From Vicugna vicugna (taxonomy: Eukaryota), in contig MU058636.1 in NCBI GenBank assembly GCA_013265495.1, positions 8,922,239-8,986,238 on the forward strand: 64,000 nucleotides of DNA, read 5' to 3'. Under the pieces are notes generated by a model. That model searched no databases. It was given only the letters and a program-made list of their open reading frames with translations, and was not told where the DNA came from. How positions within the stretch are numbered: the first letter of the stretch is position 1; the number at the start of each line of letters is the position of its first letter. Shown here in pieces: positions 11,406 through 24,923 of the stretch. The position numbers were made by a program, and so were the translations under genes.

Positions 11406-13559
11406 CCTTATAGTCTCAAACCCTCATGGATCATGCCAGCTGTCACAGGCTTAGCTGGCTTGGCTGGCTTTCAGGGATGCTGGCTCCTTTAAAACAAGCA
11501 AGAATTACTTATTCGATTGAAATTGGCTTTTAAGCAATTATTTCATGAATCTTTATTAAAGATAGAAATTATGTGTGAAAATGGCGTCTTTAAAAGAATA
11601 TTAAGGGTCACAAGAATTTCTTGTACATGGCAGGTGACTCGATGCTTATTGAATAAAACAACAAATTACATAATAGATTAATGAGTTGGAATTCAACTGA
11701 GCGAAGAAAAAGTAGCAGTTTGGGATGATAAGAAAATTGAACAGAATAGAACCTGAGACAAAGAGGTGACTGCAGTTATTTGATTTGAGTGGTGACCCCC
11801 CCCCCCAGTCAGCAGTAGAAGTAGAAAAGGACAATGAAGCATGGAGCACGAAACACCTCTCATACCAAAAGCTCCATACATTGTAAACATGAGCACCTTA
11901 AGACACCTAATCCCATAAGCTGCGTGTTCTCAGTTCTGCCATTCTTAGGAAAACCAGAAATGCTGGAAAATGTTGGATCTTGAGACACAGGAGAATTTAC
12001 AATCCCAGTGACAGAACTGAGGCCAGATGATCACCCTTTAAAGAAACTCTAGAGGCCACAGCATATGTCAAAGCAAAACTCTCACAGGACAACTTTTAGG
12101 AGATGCACTTCTAATTTCTCAGCATCTTCCGGCACCGATTGGAGTCACAGAAGTATTTATCTAGCAGTGTAAATCTCTACCTGCTCACTTTCCATCAAGA
12201 TATGTATTTGGTTATTTTCCTCGGAAAGGAGAACTCAGGAGAATCTTGGAATTATTTCCTTCTCTGGCCCAAAGGATACTATCAAAATTATGTCTACATC
12301 ATTAATATTTTCCTGGGTCATCTACTTGCAGAGAGATTCCAAATAGATTATTTCATATAAATCAGGTAGGTCATTGTTGTCATTTTCATTTAGTGTTTCA
12401 GGAAAACCAGTAGTCCTGGAGGTGAAGCGACTTGCTTAATATCACATAGAATCAGAAATTGTCCCCAGATTCCACATCTCAGTTCGACTGGACCTCACTA
12501 CCATGGGTGGACTGAATAACACCGCTGCCTCTGGGGACAATGCTGGCCACTTAATTCTGTATTGTCAGAGAACCTTTGTATTGCCTGAGAAGAAGAAACA
12601 TTTTCAGAGGAAAGCGAATACCCCTAGGACGACATTCATATCCCCATGAAAAAGCAGGCCTTATTTCATTTTTGTGTGTGTGTGTTGAATCAAATTAAAT
12701 TCTTGGATGAATGAATTTATTAAAATAATCATTATGTGGAAATTTTTAAAAGCATAAATCCTATGCAAATGATTGGGTCTTAATGGAGCAAGTGAAGTCA
12801 CTGGTTTTCTTTGCTAAAGCTAACATCTGGTAAATTTATAGCTCATTATATTGCAGTTTAATGGCAGTAACAAAAATACTGTTAACGCATCAATGGTCAG
12901 CCAGCATAAGGAGTAAATGTTATCATCCAGAAAATAGTCCCCTGGGAAAATGTATTTCTAACTGATTAGCAAAGCTGGTACATGAGGAACCTACATAATG
13001 AGGCAACTTTGTTCCTTAGCAACAGGGGAATAAAACAGATCGAAATATGATGAGTTTGACAATGACAATGAATGGGGAGAAATCGTGTAACTTGAAAAAA
13101 TCAGCAGGAGAGAAGTTGATATGTCTAGTGGAGAGCTGCAGAATACTTTAAGTTTGAAAAGATTTTGAGCATAAATCCATCATGGAGAGGAGTATGATAT
13201 TTGTGGCAAAACAAAAATCTGCAGAAAGAAAATTTCCTTTATAGAAGAAAATGTTCCACTGGCTTTCATTATATTGGAAACTATAACAATCTAACAGCCA
13301 ACGTATTAAGGAATGAGAATAAAGGAATAGATCATACTTAAATGCTTTTTAAATGCAATACTGATGAACTAATCATAAAAGGAAACACATTTTACAGATT
13401 ACCTGAAATTTTAATACACTAGGAAGGAATTTTCACTAAAGACCATGATATATCAAAAATGTTCATGCATTTCCTCAAAACCCATTTGAACTTTCAATGG
13501 AACGGAATTTTGATATATAATATAAGCATGTATTTCAATTCAATGAACACTTTTGATTA

Positions 13560-13695
13560 ATAATAATAATTCACTGGGTGCTTACCATGAACCAAGCTCT
13601 TCCTAATCAATTTGTATACATTATTTTATTTGATATTTACACCACCAGTAGAAGTAGCCCTTGTTTTTCTCATGCCACAAACGAAAACAGATGAC
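13560..13695 (-). mobile_element. MIR fragment
   Basis: Degenerate antisense MIR (tcactgggtgcttaccatgaaccaagctct...ttattttatttgatatttacaccacc). Confidence 0.5.
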
Positions 13696-13697
13696 TT

Positions 13698-14301
13698 TGT
13701 GGTGAGCAGAATTCTAATGTGACCTCTAAGAATTCTGCCCTGTTATGTGCACACTTTTTGTCTCTCGTGCACACAATCCCCCTCTTAAATATAGATGGAC
13801 CTGTGAACATGGCTGGTAAGTCACTTCTCTGATTAGGTTACCAACTAGTTGATTTTGAGTTGTTCACAAGGATTATTCTCTGGGTTGCTTGATCTAATTA
13901 GGGGAGGGTTTTCATGTATCTGACCACTTCCTGAAGGTGGAGAGATTGTAAGTGTGACGCAGCCTATGGAGGGGCCATGTGGCAAGGACCTGAGGGAAGC
14001 CTCTAGGAAATGGGAGCACTTCCTGCCGGCAGCTGACAGGGCACCAGGGACCTCAGTCATCCAGCTGCATGGGAGTGAATTCTGTGCATGACTAGCGAAC
14101 TCAGAAGAGGGCCTGGAGTCTCAGAGGGGAGTCGTAACCCTGGAGGGCACCTTGATGTCAACCTAGGAGGCCTTAGGAAGAGGATTAAGCTAACCTGTAC
14201 CTGGAAAAACGACATCTGGAAACTGTGAAGTTAGAAATGGGTGTTGTTTTAAGCCACTAAATTTGTGATAATTTGTTATGGAGCACAAGAATTAAAAAAC
14301 A
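13698..14301 (+). mobile_element. MaLR solo LTR, MLT1E/F-like
   Basis: TGTGGTGAGCAGAATTCTAA start; internal GGGGCCATGTGGCAAGGACCTGAGGGAAGCCTCTAGG; end GTTGTTTTAAGCCACTAAATTTGTGATAATTTGTTATG. Confidence 0.85.
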
Positions 14302-14824
14302 GTGCATGAAGTCCTGTGGCTGTGAAGTGAATGAGAAGGAAACACAGGGCAGTCTGGTTGTGATGGTCTTGCTTTCAAACATCTTCATATCAATTCCAAT
14401 ATAAATTAAGGGTTTTTTTTGTTTGTAATCTATAGAAACTGACTTCTGGCTAAACGAAATAGAAGTAAAAAGATTTCATGTTGAAATACTGAATACCTCC
14501 CATGGAAAAAAAAAAAAGGAAAGTTAAAAAAAAAAAAAAGACCTCAAGAAGAAGACAGAAAGCAGTTTCCAGAATCCTAGCTGAAAGATCTCAGGTTTTG
14601 CGGGGTAGCTGCTATTGGAAAATGACGGTCTCCCCTGCTTCAGTCCTGAAGGTCAGGATTCAGGTTCCCGGGAAAGCAAGCCCGTCTGCCACACGTCGGC
14701 AGAGCCCCGCACCTGTGGTCAGAGGGGCTGGAGGTGCAAGTGACAGGACTTAAGAATCACAAGAAGTAGGAGAAAAGGAAGTAACGCCAAACTGCTTGTC
14801 ATTTCTACTTTGTAAGAGTGGGGG

Positions 14825-15217
14825 TATATTAGGGTTCTCCAGAGAAACAGAATCAGAGATTTTTTTTTTAAGGAATCAGTTCAATAATTAGGGGATACTG
14901 GCAAATCCAAAGTCTGTAAAGCAGGCTGGCAGGCTGGAAATTTTGGCAAGAGTTAATGCAGTCTTGAGTCCAAAAGCCATCTGGAAGGCAGAATTCCTCT
15001 CTCTTTGGGGACTCTCTGTCTTTGCTCTTTAGGTCTTCAGTTAATTGAATGTGGCCCACACACATTACGGAGGGTCATCTGCTTTACTCAGAGTCTACTA
15101 ATTTGCATGTTAATCACATTCAAAAAAATTCCTTCACAGCAACAGCTAGACTGGTGTTAGACCAAACAACTGGGAACTGTAGTCCAGCCAAGTTGGAGCA
15201 CAAAATTAATCATCACA
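14825..15217 (-). mobile_element. MLT2 (ERVL) solo LTR with 5-bp TSD
   Basis: TATATTAGGGTTCTCCAGAGAAACAGAA ... AAAATTAATCATCACA; flanked by GGGGG at 14820-14824 and 15218-15222. Confidence 0.85.
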
Positions 15218-16309
15218 GGGGGTCTTGTAAAAGTCGAGGGAGGCTTCCAATGGCTTCACATATGTTAGCCCTTTATTCTTGACCAGGGAACCAAGGAAAG
15301 GATTCTGGAAGTTAATGAGGATATTTTCCTGTAATGAACTCACAATATTATCAAAGGTTGCATTGAAATTGTGTAAACACAATAAATATTTAACTTTAGC
15401 AAACTTACAGTGATAGGAAAAATAAACTATGTAATTGAACAACTGGATGTGGGAAAATGTCATAATCATGATGAAACATTTACCTGAAAATCCCTTCCGC
15501 CTTACATCCATTTTACTACTAATATTAACTGAGTGGCATCATGCATAGCAGATGAACTGGATTTGATCAAAGCATCCTTGGGACCTGACTTTGATAGGAT
15601 TTCAGAATTAGGGTACAAAATTGATACATGTTATCTTTGAGGAAAAAAATTACATTTTGAATTCTTATGGTTTGAAATTCATCCATCCATTTCTTCTCTT
15701 ACTTAACACTTGTTGAGTGATTCAATATAATTTTCTGGAGAAAATTATGACATGGGGCTTGAGATGTGCTTAGTCTCTCTGTGGGATCATTTTCTGCTCT
15801 TTCAGGAAGCAGATCTATGATAAACTATAGCTCCAACTCCTTAAGAACTTCTACACTTGCTCAGATTTAGGCTGTGTATTTTTCAATGAACAGTAGCAAG
15901 TAGTCACTGATGAGTCCCTGCCAAAAGTCATTTTTAAAGAATGATGCTTTCATGGTTATTTACACCGGTACTCTTATAATTAGATCTGGGGGGATTTTTC
16001 CATTAATGTTCCAAATAAGGGTAATGACAGTTGTGTTTGAATATTTTTGTCGACCCTGGATTCCACCTTAATCAGGATAATGAGGCATTCCTACCCTGGG
16101 ATAGTTATAAACTGGTATGATGAAGGGTTGGTTGCAAATAGAGAGAGCTGCTTGATTTTTCAGAATGGGGACAATTCTTTCAAATTCAGACACCCAAGGC
16201 AATCTGGATGGCTATAGACGCCTCCTTTGTTCAATGTAACATGAAGCAATATATTGAGGACATACAGGAAGTGAAACTTCTCTCATCCCAAATCTTGCTG
16301 ACATTTGTG

Positions 16310-16505
16310 GAGACAGCGAAGTGTAGTGTGATCTCTAAAGTTAGAATGCCTGGGCTGGTGTCCTGGCTCTGCGGCTTCACAACTGTGTGACTGTGGTTGG
16401 CTTTCTCAGACTTCTCTGTGTCTCCCTTTCTTTTCAGAATGTGGATAATAGCATTAAGTTTGCAGTGTGGACCTCATGAAATAATGCACGTAGAATGCTT
16501 AGAAC
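16310..16505 (+). mobile_element. MIR
   Basis: tcctggctctgcggcttcacaactgtgtgactgtgg...ctctgtgtctccctttcttttcagaatgtggataatag matches the MIR core. Confidence 0.65.
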
Positions 16506-16710
16506 CAGAAGATGTTGGTGAAAATTTTAATAACTGGCATTTAGGAAATATAAATCCCCCAATTAGACGACAGTTTACCAGCATCCATCATGTAAATTCT
16601 CCCCCTCTGGCCAATTTCAAGCTGCCAATATGACATCACTGCACGTGGGGGTGCAGACATGTGCCAGCAGCTCTTGGGAGACAGGACCAGCCAGCGTCAG
16701 CACACCACTG
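16506..16710 (-). mobile_element. MER63 (hAT-Blackjack) non-autonomous DNA transposon
   Basis: ggccaatttcaagctgccaatatgacatcactg...cagcacaccactg terminus; degenerate 8-bp TSD CTTAGAAC/CTTCAAAC. Confidence 0.75.
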
Positions 16711-19139
16711 CTTCAAACAATCCCTGAACATAGCAAACATTCAAGGAAAATACATAATTAGTATTCCTATTTGTTGAAAAATTTACAACTAAACATGGTC
16801 TCATCCAAGAGGCTGCCAAACTGTGCAGATCCTGAAATACTCACCAAGGTCTTGGCACCTACAGTACGTCTTCTCCTGGTCAATAACAGAAAAATGCATT
16901 AAAAAAAACTGAATAAGAAATTTTCAACTAACTGAGATCCTCAAGAGTAAAAGGAAGTTAAGTGTTCTGTCAATGTGCTTTTCCCATGTGTCCATGAGCT
17001 GACGTTTCTACCTGAGCTGCTGTTACCAAAGGCAAGACAATCAATAGCCAACTCACCTACCCGTCAGCTACCACGGTGCATCCATGGTTCTAACAGTTCT
17101 CCAGCTGGTAAGCAACTGTGCTGACACAGAGGTTCTATTTGTTTGTTGGTGTTTGTTTTCAAATTACAGCTTGGGACTTAAGCAGGTACCTTCAGAACCT
17201 GCTCTATTTGGCTCCCAAACCAAAGACACCATGATTCGTTTGTTGAGTTCTAGATTTCTACCGAGCGGGCTGTTTCAAAGCAGCTGAATGGGGAGTGGAA
17301 ACTTCATCTTATTCAAGGCAAAGATGTGGAATAATAATGGTACTGGAGGATTGTAATGAGAATTAACAGAGATGATGTATGCACACAACATGTAGTAGAT
17401 GCTAAATGAATGTTACCTTTCATCAATAATATATAGAATTATAATTAGTATTTAGAAGAGATTTTTTTTCTTTAAGGAATCTCATAGCAGAAAGGCTTAG
17501 CATCCTGATCGAATTTAGACATCTACAGAATTTATTTCAAATCACAACTGAGGTAATTGATGAATAAGAAAGGGGGAGTGAAAATTAAGATATTTTTTAA
17601 AAGTTCATTTCTTTCCTTCGCACTCTGAAAATTCAGGACACTTTATTATTCCCTTTGCTTTATACTTGACAAGAAAAAGGGGAGAGTGGAGTTTGGATGC
17701 AAAATTCAACTGCATTTAATTGCTCCTTTTAATTCAGTCTGACTTGTGTCCGGAAGCAATGGGTTATACCAGAGAAAAATAACTCCTTTCACCCATAAGA
17801 GAATCTGTGAGAGAGAAAAAAGTAGGCTTCAGATCTCAGTCTCCAGAGCACTACTGAGTAAAAGGATTTGTCAAAATAGCCATCCCATGGGTCTCCACGC
17901 TCAAGCCCAGAGCAGTATTTCAGAATCTCCATTATGTTTGTAAACAAGAAACCAAAAGAAAGGGGCCAGCTCTCCCTAAAGGATGGCCTAGGTTTAATGA
18001 GTTGGTGGTTGTAAGAGCTTTTAGCTCCTGCATACACCGATTTTTAGATGAAACTTTTGTATTATGAATACAATATACACAGCATGGCCTATCTGTATCC
18101 TTTTAGAAACAAAGATCATTATAATTTTTAAGGTGAGAATTATAGATAGTTCCTCTTACCGACTTTTTAGGAAAGATACCGTGACATTCAGTGACCAGAA
18201 ATATTGATTTACGTCTTCGAATGTCGGCTACGTGCAGACCATGCTATCAAAACTAGCTTTGCAGTTGGAGGGAAGAGGTGGAAAATATTTGAGTGATTAG
18301 CTTTATTGCTAGTGCCCGTAAGAATCTGAGTAGAGATCCTCAATCCTGTGTGCATTAAAAAATAAAAAAAGAAGAAGAGGCTCTAATTAATCTTGGTAAA
18401 GACAAACTGGTAAAGAAAAACAAACAAACAAACAAAACATCTGTTTTGGTTACCCATGGTCATAGTCCCTGTCCCAGTTGGTAACCCCAGGGCAGTGTGA
18501 AAGTACCTTAGCCAACTCCTCATCTCCATCTTATATATACAAGCTATCTCCATAGTATTTAACACAAATAATAGTATACATGAAGTATACACATACATAA
18601 CATGTAAGTAAATAACAAACATTTATTAAGGCAGCAAAATAAATCACATTTTGGATAAATTAATTGGTTTTTTATCTCAAAATTTGTGCTGATAGGATTT
18701 TTTTCCAGGACACTATAAAACAGAAACCAAATTTTTACTGTAGGCGCACAAAATGTCACTTTTTATTTTGTTAATAGGTTGAATTTTATTGGACACAAAA
18801 TCCAAAAATCTTATATGAAATAGGAACAGCTTGCTGAAAAAAATTAACTCCAAATGGATACTAGATGAAATATCTTTGAATTATTAAGATGTCAAAATCT
18901 GTTTTGTTTTTAAAAGAAATATATCTCATCTGAAGCTTCCAGATATAAGTCAGCCTGTAAAATTATAAGAGATTTCTAGAATTGGTTTACATATAAAATA
19001 TAAAATAAAATGGATTCGATTATATCTAAAAATTATTTTCTAAGAATATAAAACCATTTAACAGAAAACAAGCTTAAAAAGCTGGAATTTAAGCCAAATC
19101 TATGTGACTCCAAATTTCAAGATCTTTTCACTGTAAGTG

Positions 19140-19320
19140 ATGGCAGTTATATACAATCCATGCTTCACCCATCCCCACCCTCTCCCATGATGGACCTTGC
19201 TAATCAATTGTGACTGTTTTCTGCCAAGTCCGGATGTGATCTTCAAAGACTTCTGAACCCAGAAATTCAGGAAATGGATCGTAAGCAGGCATGCAGCCTG
19301 AAACCTCTTTGCAATGCCTC
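19140..19320 (-). mobile_element. MER102-like (hAT-Charlie) relic
   Basis: cccatgatggaccttgctaatcaattgtgactg...tgaaacctctttgcaatgcct resembles antisense MER102. Confidence 0.5.
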
Positions 19321-19739
19321 CCGTGTATCTGCAGCCTGTATATACCTCATCTAGCTTTTTCTAATGGGAATGATATGTTTTTACAGATTCCCCAGTGTAA
19401 TTTCCCTTTTGGCAGTCCGTTTTTTCCCCTTCCCTTCCATCTTTCCACCATTAAGGCAAATCCATGGAACTTATTTCCCCAGAGAAGGTTGGGGCAGGTA
19501 AAATTCTAGAATGAACAAAACCCATTGAATAGGAGGGGGTAAAGGATATAAGGAAGGTTCCAGGCAGGAGGACATGTGGCAAAGGGAGAAATTATCCTAT
19601 TATAGAGAAGGGAGATTTGTAGGAATACTTACTGGGGCAGAGATGCTATCTGAGTCCATGAGAAAAATCTAATTACTCTATTACTAAACTTGGTCAAAGA
19701 TGAAGAGGATGGAGGGTGTGGATGGAGGGAGAAGGGTTG

Positions 19740-19835
19740 TTTGAGAGAGAGGAAGAGAGAGACAGGGAGAGAGAGAGACAGAGAGAAGCAGAGAGGAAAG
19801 AAAAGAGGAAGAAAAAGAGAAAAAAATAAATAAAT
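19740..19835. repeat. GA/A-rich polypurine low-complexity tract
   Basis: gagagagaggaagagagagacagggagagagagagacagagag...aaaaataaataaa. Confidence 0.9.
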
Positions 19836-20018
19836 TAGAGGAGAACCCATGGACTCCTGGGCTGGGGGTCTAATTCCTTCATGTTTTCAGCATGCTACAT
19901 ATGACTGCAAAGACTGTGTGATAAAAAGACTAGATGGTTGAACGTGAGTCTGTGCCCCAGGCAGACACTCCCTCCCACAATCTACAGATGGCATGCCTCA
20001 TGTGTCCTAGAGATGAGC

Positions 20019-20511
20019 TATTACTGAAAAATTGGCCTCTGCACCCCGAAAAGCGAATTCAAACTCTGAGGCAGAGCTTTGGGAGCAAAGAAAAGAGCAG
20101 ATTTATTGCTTTGCCCGGCAAAGGGAGTCACCGGGGCTCATGCCTTAAAGACTGTGCGCCCTTCTTGGGGTGGGGTCTTGAGCTTTTACAGATAAACTGG
20201 ATGGAGCAGAAAAGGTGATAACCATCAGGGCGTTTCACACAGTGCCACCTTCCTCTTAACCTCAGTGAATCTTCAGGAGGAATGCCAGAGGGTCAGTGGA
20301 TTCTTCTGAGATTAGCAGCCTGTTATCTCCCTCCTGGAGCATAGCCTCTGGGTTATTCTCAGTAAAGAATGAGTCAGCAAACAGGTTCACATCAGGGAAG
20401 TCAGACACAAGGGTGGTAAGCGTCTATGAACCCCAGAAGTCAGGGTTCTAGGCAGCAGAGCCTCAGCTCGGTATCCACATGTAAGGCGAAGAGCTGCAAA
20501 CCCCAGTTTCA
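20019..20511 (-). mobile_element. ERV1-like solo LTR (lineage-specific)
   Basis: TATTACTGAAA start and CCCCAGTTTCA end; antisense poly(A) signal TTTATT at ~20102 followed by gctttgcccggcaaaggg, typical of laurasiatherian ERV1 LTRs. Confidence 0.6.
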
Positions 20512-20644
20512 GCAGCGGATGCCAGTTCAGTGGATGGCGAGGTGAGACTGTTTACTCCTGTTGCCGGCTCTGACCATCACATACCACCTACTGTAGCTGG
20601 GAGCAAAGACAGCGAGGGGAGCACAAGTTCCAGAGCCCTCGTCT

Positions 20645-20895
20645 TTTTTTTTCTTAACTGAAGCATAGTCAGTTTACAATGTTCTGTCAATTTCCAGTGT
20701 ACAGCATAGTAGTTCAGCCATATATGTAGATACATATGTTTGTTTTCATATTCTTTTTCATTACAGGTTACTACAAGATGTTGAATATAGTTCCCTGTGC
20801 TATACAGCAGGACCTTGTTGTTTATCTATTTTATATATAGTAGTTAGTATCCACAAATCTCGAACTCCCCACTTATCTCGTCTTACCCCTCCCCA
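20645..20895 (-). mobile_element. 5'-truncated L1 3' end
   Basis: T-tail then aactgaagcatagtcagtttacaatg...gaatatagttccctgtgctatacagcagg; same family as the copy at 38280-38703. Confidence 0.9.
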
Positions 20896-20999
20896 CCTTG
20901 ATCCTAGACTCCTTGCCGAGGATACCACATTCTTCTGGACCCAGATGCCCTTTTAGGAAGCTGGATGGGAAGGCAAAACGTTTTGCAGGAAGCACCCCA

Positions 21000-21140
21000 G
21001 ATGGGAGGATGGATATGTTAATTAACTTGATGGGGGAATCCTTTCATGTATACGTATATCAAACCATCACGTTGCACACTTTAAATATCTTACAATTTTA
21101 TTTGTCAATGACATTTCAACAAGGCTAAAAAAAAAAAAGA
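21000..21140 (+). mobile_element. L1MB1-like 3' end with poly(A)
   Basis: gatgggggaatcctttcatgtatacgtatatcaaaccatcacgttgcacactttaaatatcttacaattttatttgtcaa followed by an A tail. Confidence 0.8.
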
Positions 21141-21719
21141 GGAAGCTGTAAAAGGAAATTTCAATTTTAAAATCTGTAGCCCTTAATAGTCACTAGCAAG
21201 GAGACAGTTTAAAATCAGGGGAGGTAGTTAACATTTCCTGGTACGTCTGAAGATTTTCTCCTGCCGTCAAAGGAAATGAGAGCTCCAGAGTAAGAAGAAA
21301 TCAGTTCTCAGAAAATAAAAAAGCCACATTTATTGGATGTTCCCAAGGAAGTATCATCCTATCTCATTTTTTTCTGTTTGTCCAGGGAAGGAACTTTTGG
21401 ACATAGCCTGGAGGGCCACAAAAGGTCCTGCTGTTTTTTATCACAAAAGTGAGACATCCATTGTCTATATAACTAGTCTTCACCACCAAGGGAGGAATTT
21501 AGAAGAAACAAGGGGAAAAAAGTGGGTATTTACCTGCAAGCATGATTGTCCCTATTTCAAGGGAGAAGCAAATCTCATGTATTAAATTATGCAGTCAGGA
21601 CCCTGCGGCCACTTGTGGCAGAGTCAAGAATGACTATCAGTGTGTTTGATTTTTAAATTCATATTTTTCCCACCATGTATTATTGCACATCCAAGTAACT
21701 ATTAGCCTTGTCATCTTGA

Positions 21720-21905
21720 TATCGCACAGGGATCTCCATCTCAACTTATCCAAAACTGAATGCATCCCCTTTCCCAATAAAGCCTGTTCTTTTTATTTCC
21801 TATGCTGTTCATCTTAGGGAGTATTGTCTCAACCAGAATCATCCAAGATTTCCCACCCTTCTTCACCCTTTCTAATTGTTCAGCAAGTCCTGTTTATTCC
21901 ATCGC
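21720..21905 (+). mobile_element. L2 fragment
   Basis: catctcaacttatccaaaactgaatgcatcccctttccc...cagcaagtcctg. Confidence 0.55.
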
Positions 21906-22268
21906 CTGACTGCACAGACGCCTTTGTGTTCACACATAGAACTAAATGAAGGACAAGGAATACCCACCTAGCTATTCCATATTTACAGATAGCTGTGAGG
22001 GGAGGAACGACTGGCAAGTTTCACTGTTACTTAACTGGTCAGACAAAGCATCTACAGTGAGTGAAATCAGTGGGTAACAAGGAGTCCAAACACCACCCTG
22101 GAAAGTAGGTTTAATTTCTTGGCAAAGGACCATGATAGTCCAGCTGGAAGGATGCCTGTTGTGAAATCAGATCCAATAAACAGAAGTACAATTCAGAATA
22201 AGATGAAGTGTATAAGAAATGTGCTTCTGGGTGAACCGATTAGAATACTTACCTTGCAGAGAATTAAG

Positions 22269-22382
22269 TTCCTTCTTCCTTCCTTCCTTCCTTCCTCCCT
22301 CCCTCCCTCCCTCTCTTCCTCCCTCCCTTCCTTCCTCCCTTCCTTCCTTCCTCTTCTTTCTCTTTCTTTTCCTCTCTCTCTT
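22269..22382. repeat. (CCTT)n/(CCCT)n polypyrimidine microsatellite
   Basis: ttccttcttccttccttccttccttcctccctccctccctcc... Confidence 0.95.
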
Positions 22383-23568
22383 AATTTATTTATTGTTTTT
22401 TTAGAAAACTCTGTGTTGAAGATTAGTGAGGAGAATCTATATAAACTAATGACAACAATCTACACTTTACACTTAAAATACATCCAGTAAAATCACACAT
22501 CATTTTTGTGGGCCATTGATAGAAACGTTCATATTTCCTCATCAAAGGACAAGCAACAAGAAAATGCTTTGTTAGTCCCTAGTTCTCCTTCCCTTACACC
22601 TTTAGTTCCCCTGATCATTCTACATGTGTGTTAGTCTCGTCCCAAGCTCTCTCTACCGGCATTTGCTTTCTGTTTGTAGGGATTTTTCTCCCAGACTCTG
22701 CTCGTGGACTTGCTCAAGCTTCACTTTAAGAGAAGCTGTGGAGGTCGGCGTCCTCTAATGCCATCCAGCCTTAGCCACCTGCTGTAATCACCACTGGGCT
22801 GTGCTCACTGGCTGCCTGAAGCATATCTCTTCTGGCCAATCTGAGAGTTCAAGCTGTTCCCCTTCGATTTATGCAATCCATTAAAATTCAATGTCCTCCA
22901 ATAATGGAGGGAAGGAGCTATAAATTACTTTTGCTGAGAAGAACAACTTCAAAATGACAAGTATCTCATCATTATGTGCTATTGAATAGCAATAGAATTT
23001 GACTGTGATGGATGTGAGTGGGGAAAAAATAGGCATTTCACAGAAGCAACAGGGGGGCTGGAGAACCAGGCTTAGTGTTACATAGCCAGAAACAATAGTC
23101 CACATCATACACAACGGATCTAACGAGGAAACGGATTTCCATGCAGAGCCCTGAGGAACACGTTTTGTGCTGTGAGCCCTGGTGCTCTACACTACAGTGC
23201 ACACTCATGGCTTTTCTGCTTCTTTGGACCCAAAGGGCTACAGAGTCCAACTCTAGGACAGAGGCTTGTGAGGGGCAGAGCATCTCTGCCAGATGCAAAG
23301 GGGGAGATGCTGATAGTTTCAGCTTCCATAAGAGAAGGCTGATTCTGCTCCCTCTAAGACTCATAAGATCTCATAATATTATCCCGAATTTAGGCAGAGA
23401 ATTCAGATACTAGGCAATCAGAAAGAATGACAAATGTCTCCTGCAACCCCTGAGTTGAAAATTGTTGGCATATTGGGCAGAATCATATATGCTGAGAAGC
23501 TATCAGTTTACCAAGTCTCTGAAGCATGTATTCTTACCTGTCAATGTTTAAGGGCCAATACCCATAGG

Positions 23569-23589
23569 ACACACACACACACACACACA
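23569..23589. repeat. (AC)n microsatellite
   Basis: About 10 AC units. Confidence 0.95.
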
Positions 23590-24587
23590 AACACAGAGCA
23601 AATAAAATCAGAAAGATATTTGCTCCTAAACTGCAGTTCTGGAGTTAATTTGTCTAAATGCTGGACAATTTCATGGAAAACGAAAGACGACTAGAAATTA
23701 ACCATTTGGGGTATTTCAGGTATGATTTTTCTCTGTCTTACTTTTTTTTTTTTTGCTTACTGATGACAGTGTTTAATGCTTTCCGTCCTGATTTTGACAA
23801 ATAGATACTGGATTGAATGCACTGAATATATTCTTCAATCAGATCACCAGGGGGAGGGGGTTGTTGTTGAAATAAAATCAAAAACTCATAATGAGTTTGT
23901 GAAGTTCTTGCCTATGAAAAATATGACAACGCATACATATTTTTAGTATGGAAACCTAAAATGTTAACTGTAATTGAGCAAGAGTACAGAGTTTCAGTAT
24001 ATATAAGTTAGTAAGAGATTTAATTTTATATGTGTAGGGTAGGATGCTGTATAGTAAACCCATATAAAAAGGAAAATTCACAATTTCCATTTTTCTCTTT
24101 TTTTATATTCACATTGCACTTGCCTGTGCATTATATAGCATTAAAGTTGCTGAACTTTTATTTTGTTTTCATTAAGAACATAATCTCATTTTTTATTTCA
24201 ATTATTTCCAGCAAACCAAACAGTTGAAATAAATCTGATACACTACTACTGCTCCAAATTGTCCTGTTGTGTATAGTGCACCAGCACACTCTATTGGACA
24301 CTTAGGATAATGAATGTGGTCTCCAAATCAAGGCTTTGATGCCATTACATTCTGCTGTTCATCTTAATGACAAGGTATTCTTTTTGTACTTTATAGAATA
24401 TACTGAAATTGCATGATTTTCGGGGAGAAATCCAGAATTTGGTATTGGTGAGGATAATGTAACAATTAAAGCCATTTATACACATATACGGGTAGACCAC
24501 CCGCAGGACACATGGCATGAGGAAATGAGAAATGCTTTCAGATCATTGCTCATCATGCTAAGCAGGTAGACCAGGACTAGGAAATTA

Positions 24588-24923
24588 CAGTCGTCCCTTG
24601 GGATCTGCAGTGCATTGGTTCCAGTATCCCCACGGATACCAAAATAAGTAGATGCTCAAGTCCCTTCCCACAGTATTTGCATATCAGCTACTTACATCCA
24701 GTGTACTTTAAATCATCTCTAGATTATGTATAATACCTAACACCATGTAAACGCTATATAAACGGTTGTAAATCCAATGTAAATGCTATGTCAATAGTTG
24801 CCAGCACTGGGTGAATTTAAGTTTTGCTTTTTGGAACTTTCTGAAAATTTTTTTTCTGAATATTTTTGATCCAAGGTTGGTTGAATCTCAGGATGCAGAA
24901 CCTGAGGATACAGGACCTGACTA
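24588..24923 (+). mobile_element. MER2-family (Tigger/TcMar) non-autonomous DNA transposon
   Basis: CAGTCGTCCCTTGGGATCTG...GGATACAGGACCTGACTA terminal inverted repeats, flanked by TA (24586-87 and 24924-25); internal tactttaaatcatctctagatta. Confidence 0.85.

Noticed and set aside
16845..16875. Minus-strand 31-nt exon-like segment (CAG|GAGAAG...CTTG|GTGAGT, reads EKTYCRCQDL)
   Set aside because: Isolated, not frame-preserving, and no partner exons; such splice-site pairs are common by chance.
22119..22490. 123-aa ORF with LPSF repeats; similarly 19629-19850 and 14502-14753
   Set aside because: Translations of microsatellite or poly(A) tracts.
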